From the NCBI GenBank assembly GCA_963796685.1, contig CAWCMR010000013.1, forward strand, positions 512,001-576,000: a stretch of 64,000 nt of DNA, given 5' to 3'. This document shows, one piece after another, positions 9,862-19,522 of this stretch. This stretch comes from an uncultured delta proteobacterium (GTDB lineage: Bacteria > Myxococcota_A > Polyangia > Fen-1088). Each line of letters begins with the position of its first letter. Positions within the stretch are counted from its first letter, which is position 1. The translations under genes were made by a program, and so were the position numbers. The notes beneath the pieces are model-generated. The model was not told the DNA's origin and did no database searches. It saw only the letters and a program-made list of their open reading frames with translations.

Positions 9862-11988
9862 GTGATCGAGCAGATCGGCTCCTCGTTTCTCGTCGCCGTC
9901 GGCGCCGCGGTCTCGTCCCCGCTCGCCGACGTCGCGCTGATGATTGGCATCGCGGCACTCCTGGCCATCATCTTTCAGCGACTTGGTCTGCCCATCGTGC
10001 TCGGATATCTGTCGGCCGGGCTGCTGGTGGGGCCCCATCTGCCAACGGGATTCACCGTCGACCCCGGCCTGGCCCACCCCCTGTCGGACGCCGGGGTCAT
10101 CCTGCTCATGTTCTCGCTCGGGCTGGAGTTCAGCCTTCGCCGATTGATTCGCATCGCGCCCAGCGGAGGACTGGTGGCGCTGATCGAGTGCAGCCTGGTT
10201 GCTTGGCTGGGCTACTTCTGCGGCAGGCTGCTCGGTTGGAGCACGACCGAGAGCATCTTCGCCGGCGCTTTGTGCGCCATCTCCAGCACCACCATCATCG
10301 CCAAGACCTTCGCCGAAAAGAACATCCACGGTCGCCTGAGCGAGATCGTCTTCTCGGTGCTGGTGGCCGAGGATCTGATCGCCATCCTGCTCCTGGCCGT
10401 GCTGACCGCGGTGACCGGCGGCGGCAGCGTGTCGGCAGGGTTCCTCGGCCGGACCACCTTGCGCCTGGGCGGGTTCCTGGCGGTCATGCTCGCCGGGGGC
10501 ATGCTGGCGGTGCCCAGGCTGGTTCGGCTGGTTGCACGGTTGGGTCGCGCCGAGATCCTGGTCATGACCTGCCTCGGGCTTGCCTTCGGGTTCGCCTTCC
10601 TGGCGCAACAAGCGGGCTATTCGGTGGCCTTCGGCGCGTTTCTGGCGGGCGCCTTGGTGGCCGAATCGGGCGAAGCGAGAGTGGCCGAGCGTCTGGTGCG
10701 GCCAATTCGCGACATCTTCGCCGGCGTCTTCTTCGTTTCCATCGGCATGCTGATCGATCCGGGTGCCATTCGCGATCATGCCGGGGCGGTCGCCGTCTTG
10801 ACGGCGGTGGTGGTGACGGGCAAGGTTCTGGGTGTCAGCCTTGGCTCGTTCGTGGCGGGACATGGCGTACGCCTTTCCATCCAATCGGGCATGAGCCTGG
10901 CCCAGATCGGCGAGCTCTCTTTCGTCATCGCCGGGCTGGGCGCGACCTCGGGCGCGCTGCGCAGCTTCTTGTTTCCCGTCGCCATCGCGGTCTCGGCCAT
11001 CACCACGTTGCTGACGCCAACCTTGATTCGAAGATCGGCCGGCGTCGCGGCCTACGTCGATCGCCGACTTCCGCACGCGGTGCAAACCTACGCCGCGCTC
11101 TATGGATCCTGGGTACAGGCCCTGGGCGAGGCGCGCAGCCGGCGCACGGAGTGGACGCGTATTCGTCGTCTGGCCGGCTTTCTCGTCCTGGACGTGGTCA
11201 TCATCGCCGCGCTGGTCATCGCATCGTCGCTCGGACGGGTGCGTTTGGCCGGGCTTCTGACCGGGCGGATTCACCCGCTGGTCGCGAGTGCCCTCTTGAC
11301 CCTGGCGACGCTCGCGCTCGCCCTGCCCTTCTTCTGGAGCGCCTTGCGCTCGGCCCGACGGCTTGGGCTCTTGCTTGCGAACGGGGCCTTTCCGCGCAAG
11401 GGCCAAGACGCGGATCTGGCCGAAGCTCCCAGGCGTGCCCTGCGCGCCACGCTCGAAGTGGCGATGCTGTTCGCCGCGGGCGCGCCCTTGGTGGCGCTGA
11501 CCCAACCCTTTCTGCCGACGTCTTTTCCCTTCGGCCTCGCGCTCGTCGTCGGGGTTGCCCTGCTTGCCTTGCCCTTCTGGCGCAGCACCACCAATCTGCA
11601 AGGTCACGTGCGCGCCGGCACGCAGGCCATTTTGGAAACCCTGGTCGCGCAGAGTCGCAGCGGCAAGCCCGCGTCGACCAGCCTGGAGGAGCTGCGCGCG
11701 CTGCTCCCCGGCATCGGCGAGCCCACCATCGTTCCACTGGCGAAGGGCGCGGTTTGCGTGGGGCGCAGCCTCAAGGACATGAACCTGCGCGGTCTCACCG
11801 GCGCCACCGTGCTGGCTGTCGAGCGGGGTCCCGGCGAGGTCGTCTTCCCCGCCGCCGACGAAGTCCTGCGCGAGCACGACCTGCTCGTCCTCACCGGCAC
11901 GCACGAAGCCGTGGCTGCCGCCCGCGAGCTGTTGGCGCAGACGAGCCAACCCGCGCTCGTCGTTTCCGACGGCGACCTGATCGGGTAG
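9862..11988 (+). CDS. CPA2-family cation:proton antiporter with C-terminal TrkA-C (RCK-C) domain
   Basis: Many TM helices; LGLEFS, ISSTTII, EDL, GAFLAG, QIGELSF motifs; C-terminal GRSLKDMNLRGLTGATVLAV..R. Confidence 0.9.
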   Translation: MIEQIGSSFLVAVGAAVSSPLADVALMIGIAALLAIIFQRLGLPIVLGYLSAGLLVGPHLPTGFTVDPGLAHPLSDAGVILLMFSLGLEFSLRRLIRIAPSGGLVALIECSLVAWLGYFCGRLLGWSTTESIFAGALCAISSTTIIAKTFAEKNIHGRLSEIVFSVLVAEDLIAILLLAVLTAVTGGGSVSAGFLGRTTLRLGGFLAVMLAGGMLAVPRLVRLVARLGRAEILVMTCLGLAFGFAFLAQQAGYSVAFGAFLAGALVAESGEARVAERLVRPIRDIFAGVFFVSIGMLIDPGAIRDHAGAVAVLTAVVVTGKVLGVSLGSFVAGHGVRLSIQSGMSLAQIGELSFVIAGLGATSGALRSFLFPVAIAVSAITTLLTPTLIRRSAGVAAYVDRRLPHAVQTYAALYGSWVQALGEARSRRTEWTRIRRLAGFLVLDVVIIAALVIASSLGRVRLAGLLTGRIHPLVASALLTLATLALALPFFWSALRSARRLGLLLANGAFPRKGQDADLAEAPRRALRATLEVAMLFAAGAPLVALTQPFLPTSFPFGLALVVGVALLALPFWRSTTNLQGHVRAGTQAILETLVAQSRSGKPASTSLEELRALLPGIGEPTIVPLAKGAVCVGRSLKDMNLRGLTGATVLAVERGPGEVVFPAADEVLREHDLLVLTGTHEAVAAARELLAQTSQPALVVSDGDLIG

Positions 11989-12170
11989 CGCAGGTCTCCA
12001 AACTAGGAGCCTGTTGCGCATAGCCGGACCGAGCGGGACGGAGCGCGGCGAGGCCGGATGCAAGGAGCAGCGAAGCGCCGAATACTGGCGGTATTCAAGC
12101 GAGCGGCGACGCCGCAGACGGCCCCGCCCCGCCCGTCCCGCGACGCTTGGAGGCTATGTGCAACAGGCTC

Positions 12171-13184
12171 CTAGCCGTCGCGCGGCTTGGCTTCGCCGTG
12201 GGGTACCGCTTCGGCGGCTTTCTGCTCGAAGTACGCGGCGGGTTTGGCCTTGGACACATCGAGCTCGAAATCCGGAACGCCGGCGCGAGCGAGGATGGCG
12301 AGCATTTCGTCGATCTCTCGCCCCGACAGGCCCTTGGCCTCCAGATCGGCGCGCGACAGCTTCGCCGACTCTGCTGCCACACCTCCGTCAGCGCCGCGCA
12401 CCATCGCGCGCAGCACGTCCAGCTCCATGCGAGACAGGTGCGCCCCGCACACGTCGTAGTCGATCCACGCTTCGTAGGACAGTGGGGCGACGCGCTTGAG
12501 CATGCCCGCCATCACGCGGCCGAATTCCTGGATCTCCCACTGCGCGTGCGCGTCCACGCGCAAGGTCAGGAAGTGAAGCAGGTTGTGCAAGTCGATCTTC
12601 CAATACCACTGCGTGTACGTGGACAACGGCAGATCGATGCGGGCGATTTCGCGCGCCACCTCCTGCCCGTTCAGCCACTCGTAGGTGGCGACGGCGTCCG
12701 CGCGCAACCCGCGCCAGCGCCTGAAAGCCTCGGCGCGCAGAGTCGCGTCGAGCGGCGCCCCGGAACGGCCCTGGTGGTTGTGCGCGCTCTGCGCCAGCAG
12801 TTGCTCCTCGGGCGGCTGGTAGAAGAGCATGGGCATCAGGCTGTAGCGCCCCGACATCTCGTTCACGTTGGCGGTGCGATGGCGGATCCACTGGCGCGCC
12901 ACGAAGATGGGCATCGAGCAGTGGAACTTCAGCTCGACCATCTCGCTGGGCGTGGTGTGCTTGTGTCGGCGCAGGTAGCGGAGCAGCCCGCGCGTCTGGC
13001 TCTTCTTGCGCGTGCCGAAGCCGTAGCTCACGCGCGCCGCGCGCTCGATGTCCTCGTCGCTGCCCATGTAGTCGACCAGGGCCACGAAGCCGTGGTCGAG
13101 CACGGGGAAATAGCGTCCCAGAATCTCCTCGGCGCCGGGGCTGACGCTTCTTCGCGTTGGCTTCTCTTGTGCTTCGTCTGCCAC
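12171..13184 (-). CDS. thyX: FAD-dependent thymidylate synthase
   Basis: AARVS, HTTPSE, RQWIRHRTANVNEMSGRY, EIARIDLP, LHFLTLR...AQWEI. Confidence 0.95.
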   Translation of the reverse strand: MADEAQEKPTRRSVSPGAEEILGRYFPVLDHGFVALVDYMGSDEDIERAARVSYGFGTRKKSQTRGLLRYLRRHKHTTPSEMVELKFHCSMPIFVARQWIRHRTANVNEMSGRYSLMPMLFYQPPEEQLLAQSAHNHQGRSGAPLDATLRAEAFRRWRGLRADAVATYEWLNGQEVAREIARIDLPLSTYTQWYWKIDLHNLLHFLTLRVDAHAQWEIQEFGRVMAGMLKRVAPLSYEAWIDYDVCGAHLSRMELDVLRAMVRGADGGVAAESAKLSRADLEAKGLSGREIDEMLAILARAGVPDFELDVSKAKPAAYFEQKAAEAVPHGEAKPRDG

Positions 13185-13232
13185 GGGCCGACCCTAGCAC
13201 GAAGCCATTTCGATGGCGTCAGCGAAGGGCTG

Positions 13233-15270
13233 CTAATCCGCGTGGGCCGAACCACCGTCGAGCACCTGACGAACCTTTCTGGTCAGGTCGGTGGCCCCGA
13301 ACGGCTTGGCGATGAAGTGCGATCCCGGGGCAAGGGTGCCGTGGTGGGCAATGGCGTCGTCGGTGTAGCCGGACATGTAGAGCACCCTGATGCCCGGGCG
13401 AAGCGCCGACATGCGTTCCGCGAGGACCCTGCCGCCCATCTGCGGCATCACGACGTCGGTCAGCAGCAGGTGGATTGCTCCTTGGTGCGATTCACCCATC
13501 CGCAGTGCCTCGTCGGCCGCCCCGGCGGTGAGCACCGCATAGCCGGCCACACCAAGAATCCGGCTGGTGATGTTTCGAATGGCTTCATCATCCTCGACCA
13601 CCAGGACGGTTTCGGACCCCGTCCTGGCCACGGCCGCGCCGGCCGGCGGCACGGCCGCGACGGTCGCTGTCGCGCGCGCCACCCGCGGCAGATAGATCCT
13701 GAACGTGGTGCCATGCCCGGGTTCGCTGTAGACCCAGATGTTGCCACCGCTTTGTTTGACGATCCCGTACACCGTGGAAAGTCCGAGGCCCGTTCCCTTG
13801 CCCAGCCCTTTGGTGGTGAAGAACGGCTCGAAGATTCGCGCCTTCGTCTTGTCGTCCATGCCACAACCGGTATCCGAGACTGCGAGTCTGATGTAGGACC
13901 CCGGCTCCACCGATGCGTGGCCCGCGGCATATCCCGCGTCGAGCTCCACGTTGGAGGTCTCGATGGTGAGCTTGCCCCCCGCGGGCATGGCGTCGCGGGC
14001 GTTGACGACCAGGTTCATCATCACCTGCTCGACCTGGCCCGGGTCGGCCAGCACGACACCAAGATCCGGGGCCAGCACCTGGAAATAGTCGATGTCCTCA
14101 CCGAGGATCCGGCGCAGCATCTTTTCGACCCCGGCAACGATCCGATTGAGGTTCAGCTCCACGGGCTGAAGGACCTGCTTGCGGCTGAAGGCGAGAAGTT
14201 GTCGCGTGAGCGCCGCCGCCCGTTCGGCGGCCTTCTCCACCTCGCGAAGCTCGTCCTTGATGCCATCGCCGTCCTTGGACGCCTCCAGGGCGAAGCCGGT
14301 GGAGCATAGGATCACCGACAGCAAGTTGTTGAAGTCGTGCGCGATGCCCCCGGCAAGGCGACCGATGGCTTCCATCCTCTGCGCCTCGCGAAGTTGCTGC
14401 TCGAGCTTCTCCCGCTCGCTCTCGATTCGCTTGCGCTCGGCAAGCTCGGCCCGTAGCTGCTCGCCGATGCGGTCAAGCCGATCGTGGGCGATGGCGCGCT
14501 CCAGGGTGTATTGGAGTTGGTCGAGATACCCTTCGCGTTTGGTGACGTAGTCGGCAGCCCCGAGCTTCAAGCTGGCGATGGCGGCGGCCTCGTCGCCCCT
14601 GCCGGAGAGAATGATGAACGGCGGCAGGGGAAGACCTCGATGCTTGGCCTCGCGTGCGAAGTCGAGGCCGCTCTGGTCGGGCATGCGCAGATCGATCAGG
14701 GCCACGTCATACGCCGGAGGCTGCGCGAGCTTTGCCATGGCGTCGCGGCAGGTACTCACGACATCGATCTTGAATTGCGGCGCCGCCTCGGCAAAGTGCC
14801 GCAGGGTCAACTCGATGTCCATCGCGTAGTGCTCGACGTAGAGCATCCGGCGCGCCACGCCCTCAAGGAGCCCTTGGCTCTTCTTGCGACGGTGCTCTTC
14901 GATCACGCGGCGCAGCAGGCTCGGCAACGATGCAAGATAGTTCCCTTGCTTGGGCACGTAGCAGGCCGCGCCCAGTCGAAGCGCCTTGACCACCAGATTC
15001 TCGTCGCCAACGCCGGTCACCATAACCGTCGGCACCTGCACCCCCCTATGGGCAAGCGCGGCCAGGACCTCCACCCCCTCCATGTCGGGCAGGTGGTGGT
15101 CTAGGAGCAGCAGATCGCACTCGCCCTCGGTCACGCGATCCAGACAGTCCTGCCCGGTCTGGACGACCTCGATGACGAAGTCGACCGCGTGGTCGAGAAA
15201 ATGGGTTCGCGTCAGAATCCGCATCGAGCGCATTGTCCTCGGCGTACAGGATACGGAAGGCAGGACTCAC
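13233..15270 (-). CDS. Hybrid histidine kinase (REC-REC-HisKA-HATPase-REC); +1 frameshift at 15216-15217
   Basis: AHDFNNLL, NARDAM, GKGTGLGL and three receiver domains. The N-terminus MSPAFRILYAEDNALDAD (ORF 15046..15270) joins LTRTHF after removing one base. Confidence 0.9.
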
Positions 15271-15280
15271 GGAAGCCTCG

Positions 15281-15757
15281 TCATGGCGTCGGGAACGGCG
15301 GCTCGTTGGTCAAGAGCCAGTAGAACTTGATCCGCTTCACCACATCGGCGAAAGCCGGAAAATCCACGGGCTTCACGATGTAGGAGTTGACACCCAACTC
15401 ATAGGCCCTGGAGATGTCGGTATCCTCTCGCGACGTGGTCACGACGACAAAGGGGATTCGCTTCCACACCGGGTGCTTGCGAGCCTGGCCCAAGACTTCG
15501 ATGCCGTCCACTTTGGGCAGACGCAGATCCAGCAGCACGAGAAGCGGCAGGCTTGGGTCGTCGGGACCCGTGTGGGCGGCCATGAACAGCAGCGCCTCCT
15601 CGCCATCGCGACAGACGAGCACGGGATTGAGCACGCCGTGCTCATCGAAGGCTTGCAGCAGAAAGTCGAGGTCCATGGGGTTGTCTTCCACCACCAAGAT
15701 GGGCCGCGCGCGTGGTCGCGCTGGTTTGGACTCGGCGTTGCTGGGCTCCGATGCCAT
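15281..15757 (-). CDS. Single-domain response regulator (Rcp1-like)
   Basis: LVVEDN, LLDLRLPKVDG, LTTS-like VTTS, AYELGVNSYIVKPVDF. Confidence 0.92.
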   Translation of the reverse strand: MASEPSNAESKPARPRARPILVVEDNPMDLDFLLQAFDEHGVLNPVLVCRDGEEALLFMAAHTGPDDPSLPLLVLLDLRLPKVDGIEVLGQARKHPVWKRIPFVVVTTSREDTDISRAYELGVNSYIVKPVDFPAFADVVKRIKFYWLLTNEPPFPTP

Positions 15758-15775
15758 GGTGAAATTCCCTTCCTC

Positions 15776-17356
15776 CTACGTCGTTCCGGGCGGCTTGGGC
15801 AGGTCCACGATGAAGGTGGCACCCGCGCCGGGCGACGATTCGGCCCGCACCTTACCGCCCACCTTGTCCAAGACCTTCTTGACGATGGCCAGACCGGCGC
15901 CGGTTCCCTCGAAGTCCTCCATGCGCACCAGCCGGTTGAACAGCCCAAAAATGCGCTCGTGGTACTTCATGTCGAAGCCGATGCCGTTGTCGGCGACGGA
16001 CAGCCGCCAAACGCCGGCCAGGGATTCGGCCGTGATGCGCAGCCTGGCTGGACGTGCTTGGCGGCTGTACTTGATGGCGTTGTCGATCAGATTGGTCATG
16101 ACCTGGACCAATCCCCGTTCCCAAGCGCGCAGCGTGGTGAAGCGGAGATCCGTCGTCACCTCGATGTGCTGCTCGGTCATGACCAGGTTCCGGTCTGACA
16201 GGATGGCGCCGACGAGGCTTCGCAGATCGATCTCGGTGAGCGAAGGCGTCTCGGCATCCAGCCGCGAATACTGAAGCAGGTCTTCGATGAGGCGGTCCAA
16301 GTTGGACGTGGCGGTGAGAATCTGTGACAAACAGAAGCGGGCACGATCGCTCATGCCAGCGCAGTGCTTGCGTTCGATCTCGTTGGCGTAGCCGGCGATC
16401 CCGCGAAGAGGCGCCTTGAGATCGTGCGATACGGTGTAGGCGAACCCCTTGAGCTCGCTGTTCTTCTCACGTAGCTGCTCGTTGCTTGCATTCAGCTCGG
16501 CCGTGCGCTGTTGCACGCGCTGCTCCAGCTCGAGGTTGAGCTGTTGCAACTTCGTCTCGGCGTTCTTGCGCGCGGTGATGTCGGCGCCGATGCTCAGGAT
16601 CTCCTTCACCTGCCCGTCCGGGTCGAGCACGACCTTGTTGGTCCAGGCGACCCAAACCCGCTCGCCGCCACGTCGCATGTTCTCGTTGACGTTTTGCTCG
16701 AATGCCGCCGGATCCTTGCAGATCTCGTCCATGAGCGGGCGCAGATCCCGACCGCCGCTTTCACTCTCGGGAACGATGGTGCCCATCACGTGACGACCTC
16801 GGATCTCGGCCTCGGAGTAGCCGAAGAAGCGCTGGCCGAACTCGTTGAGAAAGATGATCCGCCCGCCACGCGTCCAGTGCAGGATGATGCTGTTGGCGTG
16901 CTCGACCAACTCGCGATACTTCCGTTCGCTTTCGCGCAGGGCTTGCTCCACGCGCTTCTGTTCGGTCACGTCGCGAATGACTTCGATGGCACCACTTCGC
17001 CGTCCCTCCTGGTCGAATAGGGCGGCCGCCTCGCCCCACAGATGGGCACCCTCACCGCTTCTCAGGCGGGGGGCGAACGACTCGGCGTAGATGACGTCCC
17101 CCTTGCGCCGGACGTACTTGTAGCGAGCCTCCACTTCCGGTGAAGGCATGTCGAGCAGGTCGACGAGAATGGGCCGGCGTTCACCGAAGAACGGCTCGGC
17201 GTAGGCGAAGTCGCCTTGGCCCAGCAGCTCCTCCTTTTTCACGCCCGTCATGAGCTCGCAAGCACGATTCCAGGCAACCACCCGCTTGTCCCGGTCGACT
17301 ACGAAGGTGGCATCCGGGAGAAACTCGAAGGATATTCGCAAGCCACTCTCTCGCAT
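15776..17356 (-). CDS. Dual-PAS sensor histidine kinase
   Basis: Two PAS/PAC repeats; SHDLKAPL, NLIDNAIKY, DNGIG, GTGAGLAI. Start uncertain (17356 or 17428). Confidence 0.9.
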   Translation of the reverse strand: MRESGLRISFEFLPDATFVVDRDKRVVAWNRACELMTGVKKEELLGQGDFAYAEPFFGERRPILVDLLDMPSPEVEARYKYVRRKGDVIYAESFAPRLRSGEGAHLWGEAAALFDQEGRRSGAIEVIRDVTEQKRVEQALRESERKYRELVEHANSIILHWTRGGRIIFLNEFGQRFFGYSEAEIRGRHVMGTIVPESESGGRDLRPLMDEICKDPAAFEQNVNENMRRGGERVWVAWTNKVVLDPDGQVKEILSIGADITARKNAETKLQQLNLELEQRVQQRTAELNASNEQLREKNSELKGFAYTVSHDLKAPLRGIAGYANEIERKHCAGMSDRARFCLSQILTATSNLDRLIEDLLQYSRLDAETPSLTEIDLRSLVGAILSDRNLVMTEQHIEVTTDLRFTTLRAWERGLVQVMTNLIDNAIKYSRQARPARLRITAESLAGVWRLSVADNGIGFDMKYHERIFGLFNRLVRMEDFEGTGAGLAIVKKVLDKVGGKVRAESSPGAGATFIVDLPKPPGTT

Positions 17357-17580
17357 CGGGTGACACCGGCGTGTTGGCCGCCAAGCAAACCTCGCCCGAC
17401 GTTTCATGCACCCCTTTCGTCCCGTCACTCATCGCTCTGTACCCGATTGCAAGGGCAGGATTGTCCCACGCGACGCAGAAATTTGCACGCGGCTATTCCC
17501 CGACGAATCCCACCATGATTCCTCGGGTCTTCGCCGAGACTTCGCCGTCTTCGCGTCTACACGGCGGCTTGGCCCCGGGG

Positions 17581-18582
17581 CTACGAGAGTCTGTCCAGGC
17601 CGCCGGATTCGACGAACGCACCCATGCGCCGGTACTTGTCGTAGCGCTGATCCTTCAAGATCTTGGGCGACAGCGGCATCAGCTCGGCCAGGTGATGGCG
17701 GATCGCGGCCGCCAGGTTTTGCGCCGTCAAATCGAAATCGCGATGGGCGCCGCCGGGAGCCTCGGGAATGATGGCGTCGATCACGCCCAGCCGAAGAATC
17801 TCCGGCGCGGTGATCTTCATGGCCGCGGCCGCATCGGCCTTGCGATCGTCGCTGCGGAAGAGAATCGAGGCGCAGCCCTCGGGCGAGATGACGGAATAGA
17901 CAGCGTTTTCCAACATGAGCACGCGATCCGCAACGCCGATGGCCAGAGCGCCACCCGAGCCGCCCTCGCCGATGACCACCGAGATGATGGGCACGGGCAA
18001 GCTGGCCATGACCTCCAGGCTCTTGGCCACGGCCTCGGCCTGTCCGCGCTCTTCGGCATCGATGCCGGGGAAGGCGCCGGGGGTATCGAGAAGGCACAGC
18101 ACCGGATGACCGAAGCGGGCCGCCAGATCCATCAGGCGCATCGACTTGCGATAGCCCTCGGGCTTGACCATGCCCATGTTGCGCGCCAACTTCTCCTTGG
18201 TCTTGCGCCCCTTCTGCTGGCCAAGAACGATGACCGGGGTTCCTTCGAAGAAGCCGAGCCCGCCGATCATGGCGCCGTCATCGGCGAAACGACGGTCGCC
18301 ATGCAACTCGCGAAAATCCGTGATGATGCGCGCGAGATAGTCGAGGGTATAGGGACGCGCGGGATGGCGCGCCAGCTGTACCTTTTGCCAAGGCGTGAGC
18401 TCGGAAAAGATCCGTTTCTGCAATTCAGCGGCGCGAAGCTCGAGGACGCGAACCTCGCGGGCGAAGTCGTTGGGGCCTTTCGACCGGCTCTTGAGGGCCG
18501 CGATCTTGCGTTGGAGCTCGACGACCGGACGCTCGAAGTCGAGGACGGGGATCTCGGGGCTCTTCTCTTTCCTGCTTGGCAT
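17581..18582 (-). CDS. accA: Acetyl-CoA carboxylase carboxyltransferase alpha subunit
   Basis: LDFERP, LARHPARP, ELHGDR, PEGYRK, DTPGA.PG..AEERGQ, GEGGSGGAL, YSVISPEGC. Confidence 0.96.
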   Translation of the reverse strand: MPSRKEKSPEIPVLDFERPVVELQRKIAALKSRSKGPNDFAREVRVLELRAAELQKRIFSELTPWQKVQLARHPARPYTLDYLARIITDFRELHGDRRFADDGAMIGGLGFFEGTPVIVLGQQKGRKTKEKLARNMGMVKPEGYRKSMRLMDLAARFGHPVLCLLDTPGAFPGIDAEERGQAEAVAKSLEVMASLPVPIISVVIGEGGSGGALAIGVADRVLMLENAVYSVISPEGCASILFRSDDRKADAAAAMKITAPEILRLGVIDAIIPEAPGGAHRDFDLTAQNLAAAIRHHLAELMPLSPKILKDQRYDKYRRMGAFVESGGLDRLS

Positions 18583-18742
18583 AGGGGCCGCCCATCCTCT
18601 TTCGGCCTAAGTCAACAGTCAACAGATACGCGAACGTCATCATCCCGCGATAGCCGCACGTGTCTCTTTCTGGGCACCAATGCTTTGAATGGATGCAGCC
18701 CAGGATGCGTCCGTAAACTGACCACTATCAAAGGAGTACGCC

Positions 18743-19513
18743 ATGAAGACCATCGCTGGAATCACCTCCATGCTTCTATGCGTCGGAACAGGTGTTTCGG
18801 TGCGCGCCCAGCCGGGCCCCGACGAGCACCGCCGCGAACGTCAGGAAGAGCGGCGTGAGGTGAAGGAACAGCGTCGCGAGGATCATGCGCAGCAGCGGGA
18901 AGTTCGGCGAGACCAGCGCGAGATACGCCGGGACGAGCACGAACAGCGGCACGACGTGGTGAGCGAACGCCACGAGATGCAGCGCGAACAACTCCACGAA
19001 AACCATCCCGGACGGATGTATCGCGTCCGGATGGCGCCGCCGCCGATGCGGCGCGAGATTCGACCGCTGGCACCCTCGCCAAGACACGTTTGGGTAGGCG
19101 GCTACTGGGGCTTCGAAGGAGGCCGGCACGTCTGGATCGGCGGCCGCTGGGAATTGCCACCGCAGCCCGGGCGTGTCTGGGTTGATGGTCGCTGGGCAAA
19201 CGAAGGTGGGGAATGGGTATTCACTCCCGGCTATTGGTCGACCCCCGCCGCTCCCCCCGCACCGGTCTACGCACCGCCACCCGAGGTGTCCGTGTCCATC
19301 GCACCGCCACCTCCGCGCTCCGAGGTGGCGCCCCCGCAACCAGGACCAGGATACTTCTGGATCGCCGGAAGTTGGCAATGGGACGGCCGCCAGCAGGTGT
19401 GGGCACCGGGACACTGGGAAGCGCAGAGGGCCGGCTGGTTTTGGGTTCCCGCGCACTGGGAACGCGGGCCACGCCATTGGCGCTTCCGTCCAGGCCACTG
19501 GCGCCCCCAGTAG
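18743..19513 (+). CDS. Secreted YXWGXW/WXXGXW-repeat protein
   Basis: Signal peptide, charged helical region, repeated W[VI]xG[YHR]W units; AAGGAG RBS. Confidence 0.85.
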   Translation: MKTIAGITSMLLCVGTGVSVRAQPGPDEHRRERQEERREVKEQRREDHAQQREVRRDQREIRRDEHEQRHDVVSERHEMQREQLHENHPGRMYRVRMAPPPMRREIRPLAPSPRHVWVGGYWGFEGGRHVWIGGRWELPPQPGRVWVDGRWANEGGEWVFTPGYWSTPAAPPAPVYAPPPEVSVSIAPPPPRSEVAPPQPGPGYFWIAGSWQWDGRQQVWAPGHWEAQRAGWFWVPAHWERGPRHWRFRPGHWRPQ

Positions 19514-19522
19514 GCGCCTGGG

